A stretch of 64,000 nucleotides of DNA from positions 17,921 to 81,920 of the forward strand of contig CALATF010000052.1 of assembly GCA_937891595.1 (NCBI GenBank), written 5' to 3'. Below the pieces are notes generated by a model. That model had not been told where the DNA came from. It did no database searches and was given only the letters and a program-made list of their open reading frames with translations. The stretch comes from an uncultured Clostridia bacterium. Its GTDB lineage: Bacteria; Bacillota; Clostridia; Christensenellales; UBA1242. The translations under genes and the position numbers were made by a program. This document shows, piece by piece, positions 1 through 10,546 of this stretch. Within the stretch, counting starts at the first letter, position 1. Each line of letters starts with the position of its first letter.

Positions 1-2138
1 AATTCTTGTACTTTTTCTTCAGCCTGTTTAATAACTTTTTCAGAATCAGTTTTAACCTTTTCTATTTCTTCATCATTAATTAAGCCACCGTTTTTTAAAG
101 CTTCAGCTGTTTTAATTCTAATTGCTTGCTCTTTTTTTATTCTTTCTAAATCTGCTTCTGCTCTTTCAATTTCAATTCTTGCTTTATTTCTTGTTTCGTC
201 TTTTGCCATTTTTGCAAGAATTTGTTTTGTTGTTTTACCCTTCATTATTAATTCTACTTCGTTAAAGTAGATTGTTTCTTTTTCAAGTAAAACTTCTATC
301 ATGGTGTTCATTTCTTTTATATGAGAAGTAATAATTTCTTTAGCTTTATTATAACATTTATCAAAAATTGCTTTTATTTCATTATCTATTTCCGAAGCAG
401 TTTTATCACTATAACTTACTTGAGATTGATAATCTCTACCTAAGAAAACTTCTCCTGTTGAAGAATAATTTATAGGTCCAAGATTTGCACTCATACCCCA
501 TTCAGTAACCATTTTCCTAACAATTTTAGTTGCCCTTTCGATATCGTTAGAAGCACCTGTAGAAACATCTTTAATTAAAATCTCTTCAGCAACTCTTCCG
601 CCAAGCATCATAGTAATTGTGTCAATAAGTTTATTATAAGACATATGGCTTTCGTCACTATCTGGACGGCTAATTGTATACCCCGCAGCCATACCTCTTG
701 GAATTATAGAAACTTCTTGAACAACATCACAGTGTTCTAATACTTTACCTATTATTGCGTGGCCTGATTCGTGGCAAGCTGTTATACGCTTATCATTTTC
801 AGTAATAATTCTACTTTTCTTTTGAGGGCCCATAAGAACTTTATTAATACTCTCTGTAATATCAGTCATTGTAATAGTCTTTTTATTAAGTCTTGCTGCT
901 AAAATAGCAGATTCATTTAATAAGTTTTCAAGGTCAGCACCTGTAAAACCACTTGTAAGTCTTGCTAAGTTTTTAAAGTCTACCGAACTATCAATCGGTT
1001 TATTCCTAGCATGGATTTTCAATATCATTTCACGACCTTTAACATCCGGCGGATTGATATAAATTTGTCTATCAAATCTGCCTGGTCGCAAAAGCGCAGG
1101 GTCTAATACATCACTTCTGTTTGTTGCAGCAATAACGATTATGCCTTCGTTAGCTTCAAAGCCATCCATTTGAACAAGAAGTTGATTTAGCGTTTGTTCA
1201 CGTTCATCGTTACCACCACCTAAACCAGTTCCTCTTTGACGACCTACAGCGTCAATTTCGTCAATGAATACAATACAAGGTGCTTGCTTTTTAGCTTGGT
1301 CAAATAAATCTCTAACACGTGAAGCACCAACACCTACAAACATTTCAACAAAGTCTGAACCACTTATTGAAAAGAATGGAACATTGCTTTCGCCAGCAAT
1401 AGCTTTTGCTAATAAAGTTTTACCTGTTCCCGGTTGACCTACAAGCAAAACACCTTTTGGTATTTTAGCACCAAGTTCAGTGAACTTTTGAGGATTTTTT
1501 AAAAACTCTACAATTTCTTGCAATTCTTCTTTTTCTTCATCAATACCAGCCACGTCAGTAAATCTTACTTTTACATTTTGAGCAACTTGAGCTTTAGTTT
1601 TACCAAAATTGAAACTCTTTGAATTTGCACCTAAAATATTTTTAATTAAAATAACACCAAATACAACAACCAAAATCACGCTTAAGTATGGTAGTAAGTT
1701 TTCCCACCAAGATGGACCAACTACACCCGAACTACGAGAAATAATAACCCAGTCAACATCTGTTTCGGATATTTTATTATTTTCCTTAGCTTTTGCATTA
1801 TAAGCATCAATTAGCTCATCTATTCTAGTAATATCAGATTCCGAAATAAAATAAAAATGGTAATCACTATAATTTGTAATGTTATCTACATTATACTTGC
1901 TATCCTTAGTAATTACATAACCAACATTGTTGTTATAAATTCTAATATATTTAATCTCGCTTTCTTTATCGCCGGTACCTATCATTTCTTCTAAAGTTTT
2001 AACACCGCTAGAAGAAGAGCTTCCAAATATATCTATCTCTGCACCATTACTACTACCTTGAAAAAGGTACATAAGCATAATAACGGCTAAAATTATCATT
2101 ATTAAAAAAAACCAGCTTTTGCCTCTATTTTTTTTCAA
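1..2138 (-). CDS. ftsH: ATP-dependent zinc metalloprotease FtsH (C-terminal end runs off the window start)
   Basis: Absent from the ORF track because no stop lies in the window. My translation from TTG 2138 (GGAGG 8 nt upstream) gives [19 protein letters not shown].. with two TM segments, Walker [18 protein letters not shown] and an HESGH zinc site (~nt 770-785). The frame is open to nt 1. Confidence 0.92.
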   Translation of the reverse strand, partial: MKKNRGKSWFFLIMIILAVIMLMYLFQGSSNGAEIDIFGSSSSSGVKTLEEMIGTGDKESEIKYIRIYNNNVGYVITKDSKYNVDNITNYSDYHFYFISESDITRIDELIDAYNAKAKENNKISETDVDWVIISRSSGVVGPSWWENLLPYLSVILVVVFGVILIKNILGANSKSFNFGKTKAQVAQNVKVRFTDVAGIDEEKEELQEIVEFLKNPQKFTELGAKIPKGVLLVGQPGTGKTLLAKAIAGESNVPFFSISGSDFVEMFVGVGASRVRDLFDQAKKQAPCIVFIDEIDAVGRQRGTGLGGGNDEREQTLNQLLVQMDGFEANEGIIVIAATNRSDVLDPALLRPGRFDRQIYINPPDVKGREMILKIHARNKPIDSSVDFKNLARLTSGFTGADLENLLNESAILAARLNKKTITMTDITESINKVLMGPQKKSRIITENDKRITACHESGHAIIGKVLEHCDVVQEVSIIPRGMAAGYTISRPDSDESHMSYNKLIDTITMMLGGRVAEEILIKDVSTGASNDIERATKIVRKMVTEWGMSANLGPINYSSTGEVFLGRDYQSQVSYSDKTASEIDNEIKAIFDKCYNKAKEIITSHIKEMNTMIEVLLEKETIYFNEVELIMKGKTTKQILAKMAKDETRNKARIEIERAEADLERIKKEQAIRIKTAEALKNGGLINDEEIEKVKTDSEKVIKQAEEKVQE

Positions 2139-2591
2139 TGCATTGTCCTCCAATTATAGATAATATAATATTATCATATAAATATTTCCAAATCAATAAA
2201 ATTAATACAAAAATTAAAAATTTTTATATACCGTATAATCAGTCGATAATATATGCTTTTAATTAGGCTTAATATAAAATTTTTAATTTATTTTTGTCGA
2301 ACATGTAGTTAAAAGATATAGTTATTATTTTATAACTATATTAAATACAAAAATCTAAGTTGTTTTTCTTTTTGTGTTTAATCATTTCCTGTTTTGATTA
2401 ACACCACACATATAATTTCAAAACACTTCGTCAAAATTATATTTAAGTTTAACACGTTTATATTTCAAACCTATTAGTGATAAAAAACGATTATACATAA
2501 ATTTATTTTGTTTGCTTTATGATTTTTACGAACAAATTTTAAATGCGTTTTTTATTGATACAAATATATTTATTTTTTTCGACATTAAGAA

Positions 2592-2607
2592 TGTTTCACG
2601 TGGAACA
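2592..2607. promoter_or_regulatory. parS: parS site 1 (TGTTTCACGTGGAACA)
   Basis: One mismatch to palindromic symmetry and matches TGTTNCACGTGAAACA-type parS. It sits inside a 32-bp palindrome at 2584-2615. Confidence 0.8.
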
Positions 2608-2703
2608 TTCTTAATATATATTTTTATTTGCTTTAATAGACACTTTTAGTTTTTACATTTAAAACTGAATGTTCATACAAAAAAACATTTTGCTTCGCAA
2701 AAA

Positions 2704-2719
2704 TGTTTCACGTGAAACA
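2704..2719. promoter_or_regulatory. parS: parS site 2 (TGTTTCACGTGAAACA, perfect palindrome)
   Basis: Exact consensus 16-mer. The extended perfect palindrome CAAAAATGTTTCACGTGAAACATTTTTG spans 2698-2725. Confidence 0.85.
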
Positions 2720-2882
2720 TTTTTGTTCTCTATATTAAACTTGCAGAAAAACTTATATATTAAGTTTTTAATGTTTTAAGCACCTCCTTTTAAAAAATAT
2801 TTATATTGTGTTATGTTTAAAATATTTTTTGGTTTTATTATTTTTTTTAAATATAAAATTAAAAGTGCTTTTTAATATAAAA

Positions 2883-2898
2883 TGTTTCACGTGAAACA
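2883..2898. promoter_or_regulatory. parS: parS site 3 (TGTTTCACGTGAAACA, perfect palindrome)
   Basis: Exact consensus 16-mer, with an extended palindrome at 2880-2901. Confidence 0.85.
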
Positions 2899-3065
2899 TT
2901 TGCCTTTTAAGTTTTGCAGGAGTAAAACCAAAATAATTTTATAAAAGATTAACATATAGGTGATATTGTTAAACCAAAAATAAAATTAAAAAATAAACGA
3001 AAAAGAAATCTAATCTCCCGTTAAAAGAATAAATTAATATTGCAAGATTTTAAACAAAAAAAGAA

Positions 3066-3081
3066 TGTTCCACGTGGAACA
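3066..3081. promoter_or_regulatory. parS: parS site 4 (TGTTCCACGTGGAACA), probably also the parB terminator hairpin
   Basis: Perfect palindrome AAAAAGAATGTTCCACGTGGAACATTCTTTTT at 3058-3089. It overlaps the parB stop codon (3088-3090) and is flanked by A and T runs. Confidence 0.8.
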
Positions 3082-3087
3082 TTCTTT

Positions 3088-4008
3088 TTAATTTCTTTCT
3101 AATGTTTTAATAAAGGAATATATTCTATCCAAATCATCTTTGTTATAATAATCAATAACTATTTTACCTTTTGCGTCGTCACCATTAATAATTACTTTTG
3201 TTTTAAACAATCTAGCGATCCTGTGCCCAAGTTCTTTAAGTTCTATGCTTTGTACTTTTTTTGCTTTTGCTTCAGGCATTTTCTTGTCTTGAGGCTCTTT
3301 GTAATTTTTTATGTAGTTTTCTAATTCTCTTACAGTAAGTTTATTTTCAATAACAATCTTTGCTAGCTCAACTTGTTTTTGTTTGTCGTCTAAACCAACT
3401 AAACATTTACCGTGACCTGCAGATATTTGATTTTTTTCAATCATGCTAATCACATCAGTTGGTAAAGTTAACAACCTTAAAGTATTGGCTACAAGCGGAC
3501 GGCTTTTTCCTATTCTGTCTGCAACAGTTTCTTGCGTAAAATCATATTCTTGCATTAACTCTTTAATTGCTTTAGCAGCTTCTATAGGATTTAAATCTTC
3601 TCTTTGTAGGTTTTCAATTAAAGCTACTTCTTTAATTTGTTTTGGAGAATATTGCCTTACGATAGCAGGGATAGTAGTTTTGCCAGCAACTAAAGAAGCC
3701 CTAAATCTTCTTTCGCCAGCAATAATAGTGTACCTTCCATTATTTTCGTCATTAACAATAATAGGTTGAATAACACCATGTTGTTTGATAGATTCTGCTA
3801 ACTCTTTTAAAGCATTTGGTTCAAAAGTCTTCCTAGGTTGATTTTTGTTTGGGTCTACTTGTTTCAAACTTAATTCAACAACACCATCTTGTAATTTGTT
3901 TGTTTGTTGTACAACAACTTCTTGTTTTGGCTTTACTTCAATTTCTTTTTCATCATCTTGATAAATAGAGAACAAAGCATCCAAGCCTCTTCCTAAACCT
4001 TTTTTCAT
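3088..4008 (-). CDS. parB: Chromosome partitioning protein ParB/Spo0J
   Basis: 306 aa with the ParB-box GERRFRA, an HTH region (..TQETVADRIGKSRPLVANTLRLL..), and a position adjacent to parA. Confidence 0.95.
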   Translation of the reverse strand: MKKGLGRGLDALFSIYQDDEKEIEVKPKQEVVVQQTNKLQDGVVELSLKQVDPNKNQPRKTFEPNALKELAESIKQHGVIQPIIVNDENNGRYTIIAGERRFRASLVAGKTTIPAIVRQYSPKQIKEVALIENLQREDLNPIEAAKAIKELMQEYDFTQETVADRIGKSRPLVANTLRLLTLPTDVISMIEKNQISAGHGKCLVGLDDKQKQVELAKIVIENKLTVRELENYIKNYKEPQDKKMPEAKAKKVQSIELKELGHRIARLFKTKVIINGDDAKGKIVIDYYNKDDLDRIYSFIKTLERN

Positions 4009-4026
4009 ATTTTCATTCCTTTATTA

Positions 4027-4824
4027 TTATTTTAAAAATTTAGTTATTTTTTTATAACTATCTTTATTTCTTTGTAAAAATTCTTCCGCTAATTCGTAAT
4101 ACGCAACCCCACCTTTACTTTTTGCTTCATACATGATAATAGGTTGGCCATGACTTGGAGCTTCAGCAAGTCTTATACTTCTAGGAATAGCAGTTTTATA
4201 AACTTTTGCGCCAAAGAACCTTTGAATTTCTTGTGAAACTTGCATAATTAAGTTTGACCTATTGTCTTTCATTGTTAAAATAACACCCTCAACATCTATT
4301 TCTGGATTTAAATGTTTTTTAACAAGCTTGATTGTATTCATAAGCTGGCTCAAACCTTCAAGCGCAAAAAATTCACACTGAATAGGAATTGCAACTGAAT
4401 TTGAAGCTGTTAAAGCATTAACCGTTAAAAGACCTAATGATGGAGGGCAGTCAATTAAAATATAATCATATTGACTACTTACTTTGTTTAATAACTTTTT
4501 TACAATTTTTTCTCTATTATCCATATGCACAAGTTCAATTTCAGCACCAGCCAAATCTACTGTAGCAGGAACTATATCTAAATTCTTAATTGCAGTTTTA
4601 CGAATAACATCTTCAATATTAACAGAACCATCTATAGCATCATAAAGAGTAGCAGTTTCTTGACTTTTTTGAACTCCTAACCCACTAGTTGCATTCCCTT
4701 GTGGGTCCATATCAACAACAAGAACTTTCTTTTCCATTACTGCCAAGTATGCAGCTAAGTTAATACATGTGGTTGTTTTTCCAACTCCACCTTTTTGATT
4801 AGCAAATGATATAATTTTTCCCAT
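4027..4824 (-). CDS. parA: Chromosome partitioning ATPase ParA/Soj
   Basis: 265 aa with the deviant Walker A KGGVGKTTT. It is typical of Soj over its full length. Confidence 0.95.
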   Translation of the reverse strand: MGKIISFANQKGGVGKTTTCINLAAYLAVMEKKVLVVDMDPQGNATSGLGVQKSQETATLYDAIDGSVNIEDVIRKTAIKNLDIVPATVDLAGAEIELVHMDNREKIVKKLLNKVSSQYDYILIDCPPSLGLLTVNALTASNSVAIPIQCEFFALEGLSQLMNTIKLVKKHLNPEIDVEGVILTMKDNRSNLIMQVSQEIQRFFGAKVYKTAIPRSIRLAEAPSHGQPIIMYEAKSKGGVAYYELAEEFLQRNKDSYKKITKFLK

Positions 4825-4998
4825 AAAACACCTTTACAAAATAATTATATCAAAAATCTTTTCAAAATAAAAACTAATTTTGCAAATTTTATAATATTAA
4901 TATATGTTAAGAGCTTTGTACTTAATTCATGAGTTATACACAAATTTATTAAAAATGTGGAAAACTAAAAAATAAAGCAGAAAAATTTTTCTGCTTTT

Positions 4999-5712
4999 TT
5001 AAATAATAGGAGATAGCCTTGGTTTATTTCCACCTCTTGGATATTTATTAGGTGTGCTTTTTATTTTATTAATAAAAACAAACTTCCTTTCAACCCCTTC
5101 TATATTTACAGTTAAAATATCTTTTAAAATTCCGCCCAAAACTTCAATAGCTTTTTTGCTTACTTCAAGTTCTTCTTGTATATCGCTAGATTTATATGCA
5201 ACCATTTGTCCACCAACTTTAATAAATGGTAAGGCATATTCAGAAAGGGTAGTTAAGTTTGCAACCGCACGAGAAACACAATAATCAAATTGTTCGCGAT
5301 ATTCTTTTTTGTTAGCAAGATCTTCAACTCTCGAATGAATAGTCGATATTCCATTTAAAGCTAAACTATTTATAACTTCTTGCAAAAAGCCTACTTTCTT
5401 ATTAACACTATCAACCATTAAAACCTCTAAGTCAGGTCTAATAATTTTTAATGGCAAACTAGGAAAGCCCGCTCCTGCACCTATGTCAATAATTTTAGCG
5501 CCCTGTTTTAAATATTTACTTGCTATAACACTATCTAAAAAATGCTTAACAATTACGTCATCTTGTTCTGTAATAGTTGTTAAATTAAATTTGTTATTTG
5601 TTTCTATCAATAAATTATAATAATTAAAAAACTTTTCTATTTGTTCTTCAGTTAACAAAATTTGATTTCTTTCGAATATTTCAGAAATTTTTATATTAAA
5701 TTCTTTTGTCAT
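4999..5712 (-). CDS. rsmG: 16S rRNA (guanine527-N7)-methyltransferase RsmG (GidB)
   Basis: SAM motif IIDIGAGAGFPSLPLKI. It lies immediately downstream of mnmG, the classic gidA-gidB order. Confidence 0.9.
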   Translation of the reverse strand: MTKEFNIKISEIFERNQILLTEEQIEKFFNYYNLLIETNNKFNLTTITEQDDVIVKHFLDSVIASKYLKQGAKIIDIGAGAGFPSLPLKIIRPDLEVLMVDSVNKKVGFLQEVINSLALNGISTIHSRVEDLANKKEYREQFDYCVSRAVANLTTLSEYALPFIKVGGQMVAYKSSDIQEELEVSKKAIEVLGGILKDILTVNIEGVERKFVFINKIKSTPNKYPRGGNKPRLSPII

Positions 5713-5713
5713 T

Positions 5714-7585
5714 TTACCCCTGCCTTTTTTCCATATTTTTTTGCATAGACAAATAAACAGTTAATACAGAAATATCTGCAGGAGAAACACCACTAATTCT
5801 ACTTGCTTGACCTAAAGAAAGAGGTTTAAATTTATTAAGTTTTTGTTGCGCCTCTAAACGCAAACCTTTAATTGTTGCATAGTCAAAATCGCTATCTAGC
5901 TTGATACTTTCGTTTTTCTTCATTTGTTCTATTAATAATTCTTGACGTTTTAAATATCCTTCGTATTTAACTTCTGTTTCAACATATTTTAAAACTTCGT
6001 CAGAAATATTTTTAAATAAACCAAATTCTTCTTTTACCTTATCTATAGTTATATTATTTCTTTTCAACATTTCTTTAACAACGCATGCTGTGCCATTAAA
6101 GTTTTCATCATTTTTTTCCAAAAATTCTTTAGCTTTTTTAGAAGGCATAGATGTTGAAATTTCTTTCTGAACTTTATTAATATCCTTAATCTTTTTGCTA
6201 AAAATTTTATATCTGGCATCATCAACCAAGCCAACTTGCCTGCCAATAGGTGTTAATCTAATATCTGCATTATCTTGTCTTAATAATAAACGATATTCCG
6301 CCCTACTTGTCATCATTCTATAAGGCTCGTTTGTTCCTTTTGTAACAAGATCATCAATTAAAACACCTATGTAAGCTTGGTCACGTCTTAAAATTAAAGG
6401 TTCTTTGTTTTGTAGATAGTTACTTGCATTTATTCCTGCAATAATACCTTGAGCAGCTGCTTCTTCATATCCACTAGTTCCATTAATTTGACCAGCAAAA
6501 AATAATCCGTTAATTTTTTTAGATTGTAAAGTAGGTAATAAATCTAAAGAATTAATGCAGTCATATTCAATAGCGTAAGCATTTCTTAAAATTCTAACAT
6601 TTTCAAAACCCTCAACGCTTTTATACATTTGTTCTTGAACATCTACTGGCATAGAAGAACTAAAACCTTGAACATAAATTTCATTACCTATCTTATCTTC
6701 AGGTTCCAAGAAAATTTGATGTCTTTGTTTGTCTGAAAATCTTACAACTTTATCTTCCATAGAAGGGCAGTACCTAGGGCCAACACCCTTTATAACCCCA
6801 GAATACATAGGCGCACGTGGAAGGTTATTCCTAATAATTTCATGTGTTTTTTCGTTAGTATATCCAAGATAACAAACACAAGTGTTCTTAGGTTGTTTTT
6901 TAGTCATGAAAGAAAAGGTTTGTATATTTTCATCACCCGGTTGAACTTCAAATTTTGAATAATCAATAGATGAACTTAAAACCCTAGCAGGGGTACCTGT
7001 CTTAAATCTTAAAATTTCAAAACCAAGATTTTCTAAACTTTTAGAAAGTCCGTGTGAATTAACAAAACCATTAGGACCTGAATTTTGAGAAAATTCACCT
7101 ATGATAATTTTACTTTCAAGATATACACCTGTGCAAATAACAATAGTTTTTGCTTTTATTATTTCGTTAAATGCCGTTTTTATGCCTATAACTTTATTGT
7201 CTTCGGTTAATATATCCACAACTTCACATTGTTTAATTGTTAAGTTTTCTTGATTTTCAAGTGTTTCTTTCATGGTAGAATGATAAGAGTGTTTATCAAC
7301 TTGTGCCCTTAAGCTATGAACCGCAACACCTTTGCCCATATTTAACATTCTAAGTTGCAAAATGTTTTTATCTGCATTTTTACCCATTTCGCCACCTAGA
7401 GCGTCTATTTCACTAGCAAGTTGACCTTTTGCTGTTCCACCTATTGAAGGATTACATGCTAAAAAAGCTATGCTATCTAAATTAAGCGTCGTTAAAAGTG
7501 TTTTATTATTAAGCCTAGCCAAAGCAAGAGCTGCTTCACATCCTGCATGACCGCTACCTATTACAATCGCATCAAAACTTTCCAT
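5714..7585 (-). CDS. mnmG: tRNA uridine 5-carboxymethylaminomethyl modification enzyme MnmG (GidA)
   Basis: 623 aa with the N-terminal FAD motif DAIVIGSGHAGCEAA and full-length GidA-like sequence. Confidence 0.95.
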   Translation of the reverse strand: MESFDAIVIGSGHAGCEAALALARLNNKTLLTTLNLDSIAFLACNPSIGGTAKGQLASEIDALGGEMGKNADKNILQLRMLNMGKGVAVHSLRAQVDKHSYHSTMKETLENQENLTIKQCEVVDILTEDNKVIGIKTAFNEIIKAKTIVICTGVYLESKIIIGEFSQNSGPNGFVNSHGLSKSLENLGFEILRFKTGTPARVLSSSIDYSKFEVQPGDENIQTFSFMTKKQPKNTCVCYLGYTNEKTHEIIRNNLPRAPMYSGVIKGVGPRYCPSMEDKVVRFSDKQRHQIFLEPEDKIGNEIYVQGFSSSMPVDVQEQMYKSVEGFENVRILRNAYAIEYDCINSLDLLPTLQSKKINGLFFAGQINGTSGYEEAAAQGIIAGINASNYLQNKEPLILRRDQAYIGVLIDDLVTKGTNEPYRMMTSRAEYRLLLRQDNADIRLTPIGRQVGLVDDARYKIFSKKIKDINKVQKEISTSMPSKKAKEFLEKNDENFNGTACVVKEMLKRNNITIDKVKEEFGLFKNISDEVLKYVETEVKYEGYLKRQELLIEQMKKNESIKLDSDFDYATIKGLRLEAQQKLNKFKPLSLGQASRISGVSPADISVLTVYLSMQKNMEKRQG

Positions 7586-7597
7586 AATTATCCTTCT

Positions 7598-8140
7598 TTA
7601 AAAATCAATTTGCTCTACGTCACCGTTTTTCATTACTTTATAATTTTCTGTTCTAACAAGAACAGGCCTGTTTCTGTCTTCTTTATTTTTAGATAAAAGA
7701 TTTCTTAAATATTTAAGAACTTCACCATGCCCAACAATTAAAATATTTTTGCCTTTATATTCTTCTAAGTCTTTTAAAAAACTACTAACACGAATATAAA
7801 CATCTTCATCTGTTTCGCCATTAAATTTATGAGGGTCTTTAAAAAATTCATCATATTTCCATTGTGGATTCTTAGTTCCTTCCAAGTCACCCTTAGCAAC
7901 TTCCATTAAACGTTTGTCTGTATGTAAGTCTAAATTATGATACTCTAAAATATATTCTGCCGTTTGCGTAGCCCTGTTAAGTGGAGAAGATACAACATAA
8001 TCAAATTTATAATCTTTTAGTTTTTCTGCAATCTCTTTTGCTTGCTTTAATCCTGTTTTATTTAAAGATGTATTAAGTTGTCCTTGGCTTACATTAAACA
8101 AATTAAAATCTGTTTCGCCATGCCTTACATAATAAATCAT
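7598..8140 (-). CDS. Histidine phosphatase family protein (phosphoglycerate-mutase-like)
   Basis: 180 aa with RHGETDFN near the N-terminus and a later GHGEV motif. Confidence 0.8.
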   Translation of the reverse strand: MIYYVRHGETDFNLFNVSQGQLNTSLNKTGLKQAKEIAEKLKDYKFDYVVSSPLNRATQTAEYILEYHNLDLHTDKRLMEVAKGDLEGTKNPQWKYDEFFKDPHKFNGETDEDVYIRVSSFLKDLEEYKGKNILIVGHGEVLKYLRNLLSKNKEDRNRPVLVRTENYKVMKNGDVEQIDF

Positions 8141-8158
8141 AACTTTTCCCTTATTAAT

Positions 8159-9520
8159 TTATTTTCCCAAACAAAACTTAGAAAATATCCTATCAATAAT
8201 TTTTTCGCTTGCACTTTCGCCAGTTATTTCTCCAAGCTTTTCCCAAATTGTTTTTACATCTAGCGCAGTGCAATCAAGTGGCATATCTAAAATATTTAAA
8301 AGAGTAGAACTTAATAAATTTTTACTTTCTTTTAAAACTTCCACATGTCTGGTGTTGGTTAAAATAATACTATTACTTGTATCGCAGTTGTTTAGTGTCA
8401 AATTATAAATTTGTTGTTTAAGCTGTTCGGTATTAATTTTTTCTTTTGCACTTATTTTAATACATTCACCATCAAAATTCCACTTAGCCGGCAAATCGCA
8501 TTTGTTTAAAACAACTATAGATTTTTTATCTTTAATAATTTCTAAGTTTTCTCTGTCTTGTTCGTTTAAATCTCTTGAACTATCTAAAACTAACAAAACA
8601 ATATCACTGTTTTCCAAAGTTTTTTTAGCTTTTTCAATTCCTATGTTTTCAACTTTGTCATCTGTTTTTCTAATACCTGCAGTATCAAAGAAATTGTATA
8701 CAATTCCATTATATTCAATGCTACCAGTAACAATATCTCTTGTAGTACCTTCAATGTCTGAAATAATAGCTTGGTCATAATTTAACAATGCGTTTAACAA
8801 ACTACTTTTACCAACATTTGTTTTTCCAACAATAGCTACGTTTATTCCTGATTTAATTATTTTACCTTGATGTTCAGTTTTTAGTAAATTACCAATTTTT
8901 GAAAGTAAATTTTCTAGCCTAGCTTTTATACTTTCTTTTGTTTCATATTCAATATCATGTTCAGGATAATCTAAGTTAACTTCTATTTCTGAAATAACAT
9001 CAGTTAATATGTTTTGAAAATCAACAACAGTTTTATATAAATTACCATTAGTAAGTTCATTGCTAGCTTTTAATTGACTTTCTGTTTCGGAATTAATAGT
9101 GTCTATTATTCCTTCAGCTTGGTCAAGAGACATCTTCCCGTTTAAAAAAGCCCTTTTTGAAAATTCACCTGGTTGAGCAAGTCTTGCACCAAACTTTAAG
9201 CATTGTTCAATAATTTTTTTACTTACAGCTAACCCGCCATGACATTGAAATTCTACTACATCTTCGCCTGTAAATGAACGTGGTGCTTTAAAATAAACAC
9301 ATAATCCCTTATCATAAATATCGCCTAAATTAATTTTACCTAAGTACATGTAATTTGGCATAGGATTTTCAAATTTACTGCAACAAAAAATTTGTTTGGC
9401 AACATCCAAACTATTTTTTCCACTTATTCTAATAATACCAATACCACTTTTGCCATTAGGCGTGGCTTGTGCAATAATTGTGTCTTCAAGCATGAAAATA
9501 TTATAGCACATAACTTTCAA
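8159..9520 (-). CDS. mnmE: tRNA modification GTPase MnmE (TrmE)
   Basis: G-domain motifs GKTNVGKSSLLNAL, DTAGIR and NKCD, plus the C-terminal CLGK. The start is ambiguous: TTG 9520, ATG 9511, or ATG 9493 giving MLEDTIIAQATP.. Confidence 0.93.
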   Translation of the reverse strand: MKVMCYNIFMLEDTIIAQATPNGKSGIGIIRISGKNSLDVAKQIFCCSKFENPMPNYMYLGKINLGDIYDKGLCVYFKAPRSFTGEDVVEFQCHGGLAVSKKIIEQCLKFGARLAQPGEFSKRAFLNGKMSLDQAEGIIDTINSETESQLKASNELTNGNLYKTVVDFQNILTDVISEIEVNLDYPEHDIEYETKESIKARLENLLSKIGNLLKTEHQGKIIKSGINVAIVGKTNVGKSSLLNALLNYDQAIISDIEGTTRDIVTGSIEYNGIVYNFFDTAGIRKTDDKVENIGIEKAKKTLENSDIVLLVLDSSRDLNEQDRENLEIIKDKKSIVVLNKCDLPAKWNFDGECIKISAKEKINTEQLKQQIYNLTLNNCDTSNSIILTNTRHVEVLKESKNLLSSTLLNILDMPLDCTALDVKTIWEKLGEITGESASEKIIDRIFSKFCLGK

Positions 9521-9630
9521 TTTTCCACCATTTTTTTTATTTTTTTTTACAGCTCTTACATAACATAATTTTAAAAATTTTTAGGTTTAAAAATATAAAA
9601 AAATTTGCTTTTATTTTGCCATAAAATACT

Positions 9631-9670
9631 AAAACGGTTTATTGAAAATTTTAAAAAAATAAACCGTTTT
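9631..9670 (-). terminator. Hairpin terminator downstream of jag
   Basis: AAAACGGTTTAT / ATAAACCGTTTT 12-bp inverted repeat, followed by T-rich sequence on the minus strand. Confidence 0.5.
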
Positions 9671-9738
9671 ATTTTTAATATTGCTTTTATTAAGCAAAAA
9701 AAAGAAAAACTATTTTTCAAGTTTTTCTTTTTTTTATT

Positions 9739-10518
9739 TTATTCGTTTTCGCTTTCTTTAGTAGGTATAATTACTAAATATCTATTAGGTTCTTCACCTT
9801 CACTTTTTGTAGTAACCCCATTAACATTTTGAAGTGCAGTGTGAATGATTTTTCTTTCATAAGCATTCATTCTTTCAAGTTTAATAGGCTTTTCAATTTT
9901 TAAAGCTTTTTTTGCCATTCTATCAGCCAAATTAATTAATGACATTTCTCTTCTGTTTTTATAGTTTTCAACGTCAAAATAAAATTTATATTTTCTATAC
10001 CCAGCATTCTTTAAAACATTAGATATAACATCTTGAATAGCATTTAAAGTTTCGCCTCTTTTACCTATTAAAGTGCTAACTTTTTCACCAGAAGCATTAA
10101 AAGTCATACTTGTTGAATCGTTGAAAGTAGTAATTTCAGCTTCAACATTCATTTTTTCAAATAAACCTTTTAAGAAATTAATTCCAAAGTTAGAAATATC
10201 TTCATCAGTATAAGTAGGTTTTTCAACTTCTTTAGTTTTTTCTTCGCTAACTTCTACTTTTTCTTCTTTTTTAACTTCTTCCTCTTCTTTTTGTTTTTTG
10301 GTTTCTTTTAAAGCTTTTTGTTCTTCTACTTTTTTAGCTTCTGCAATTTGTTTTTCTTCAACTTCTTTGTCTAAAATAAGTTCAACTCTAGCTTTCTTGA
10401 AAAATCCACCTTCTTCAAGAATTTTAATATCAACTTGGTCTTGGGTAGCATTTAATTCTTTAAGCCCAAGTTCAATAGCCTTTTGAACATTCTTTGCAGT
10501 AATTTCAATTTTTTTCAT
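9739..10518 (-). CDS. jag: RNA-binding protein Jag/KhpB (KH + R3H)
   Basis: E/K-rich linker, KH-like IGKRGETLNAIQ and R3H-like ERKIIHTAL. The ATG at 10518 is preferred because the ORF-track start at 10563 would overlap yidC. It sits in the conserved yidC-jag position. Confidence 0.88.
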   Translation of the reverse strand: MKKIEITAKNVQKAIELGLKELNATQDQVDIKILEEGGFFKKARVELILDKEVEEKQIAEAKKVEEQKALKETKKQKEEEEVKKEEKVEVSEEKTKEVEKPTYTDEDISNFGINFLKGLFEKMNVEAEITTFNDSTSMTFNASGEKVSTLIGKRGETLNAIQDVISNVLKNAGYRKYKFYFDVENYKNRREMSLINLADRMAKKALKIEKPIKLERMNAYERKIIHTALQNVNGVTTKSEGEEPNRYLVIIPTKESENE

Positions 10519-10546
10519 TAATAAACCCTTCTCTTTTAAATAAAAG

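Noticed and set aside
1609-1803. 64-aa plus-strand ORF from the track
   Set aside because: It lies antisense inside ftsH and is a low-complexity shadow ORF. The same reasoning applies to the other antisense track ORFs nested in strongly supported genes. Examples are 3443-3769, 5054-5284, 6064-6246, 8502-8780, 10298-10486, 14365-14553, 16654-16872, 17851-18045, 19402-19590, 23351-23638, 28817-29115, 32724-33219, 42305-42595, 49528-49779, 51159-51853, 52106-52324, 57155-57391, 57680-57868, 60445-61020 and 62614-62817.
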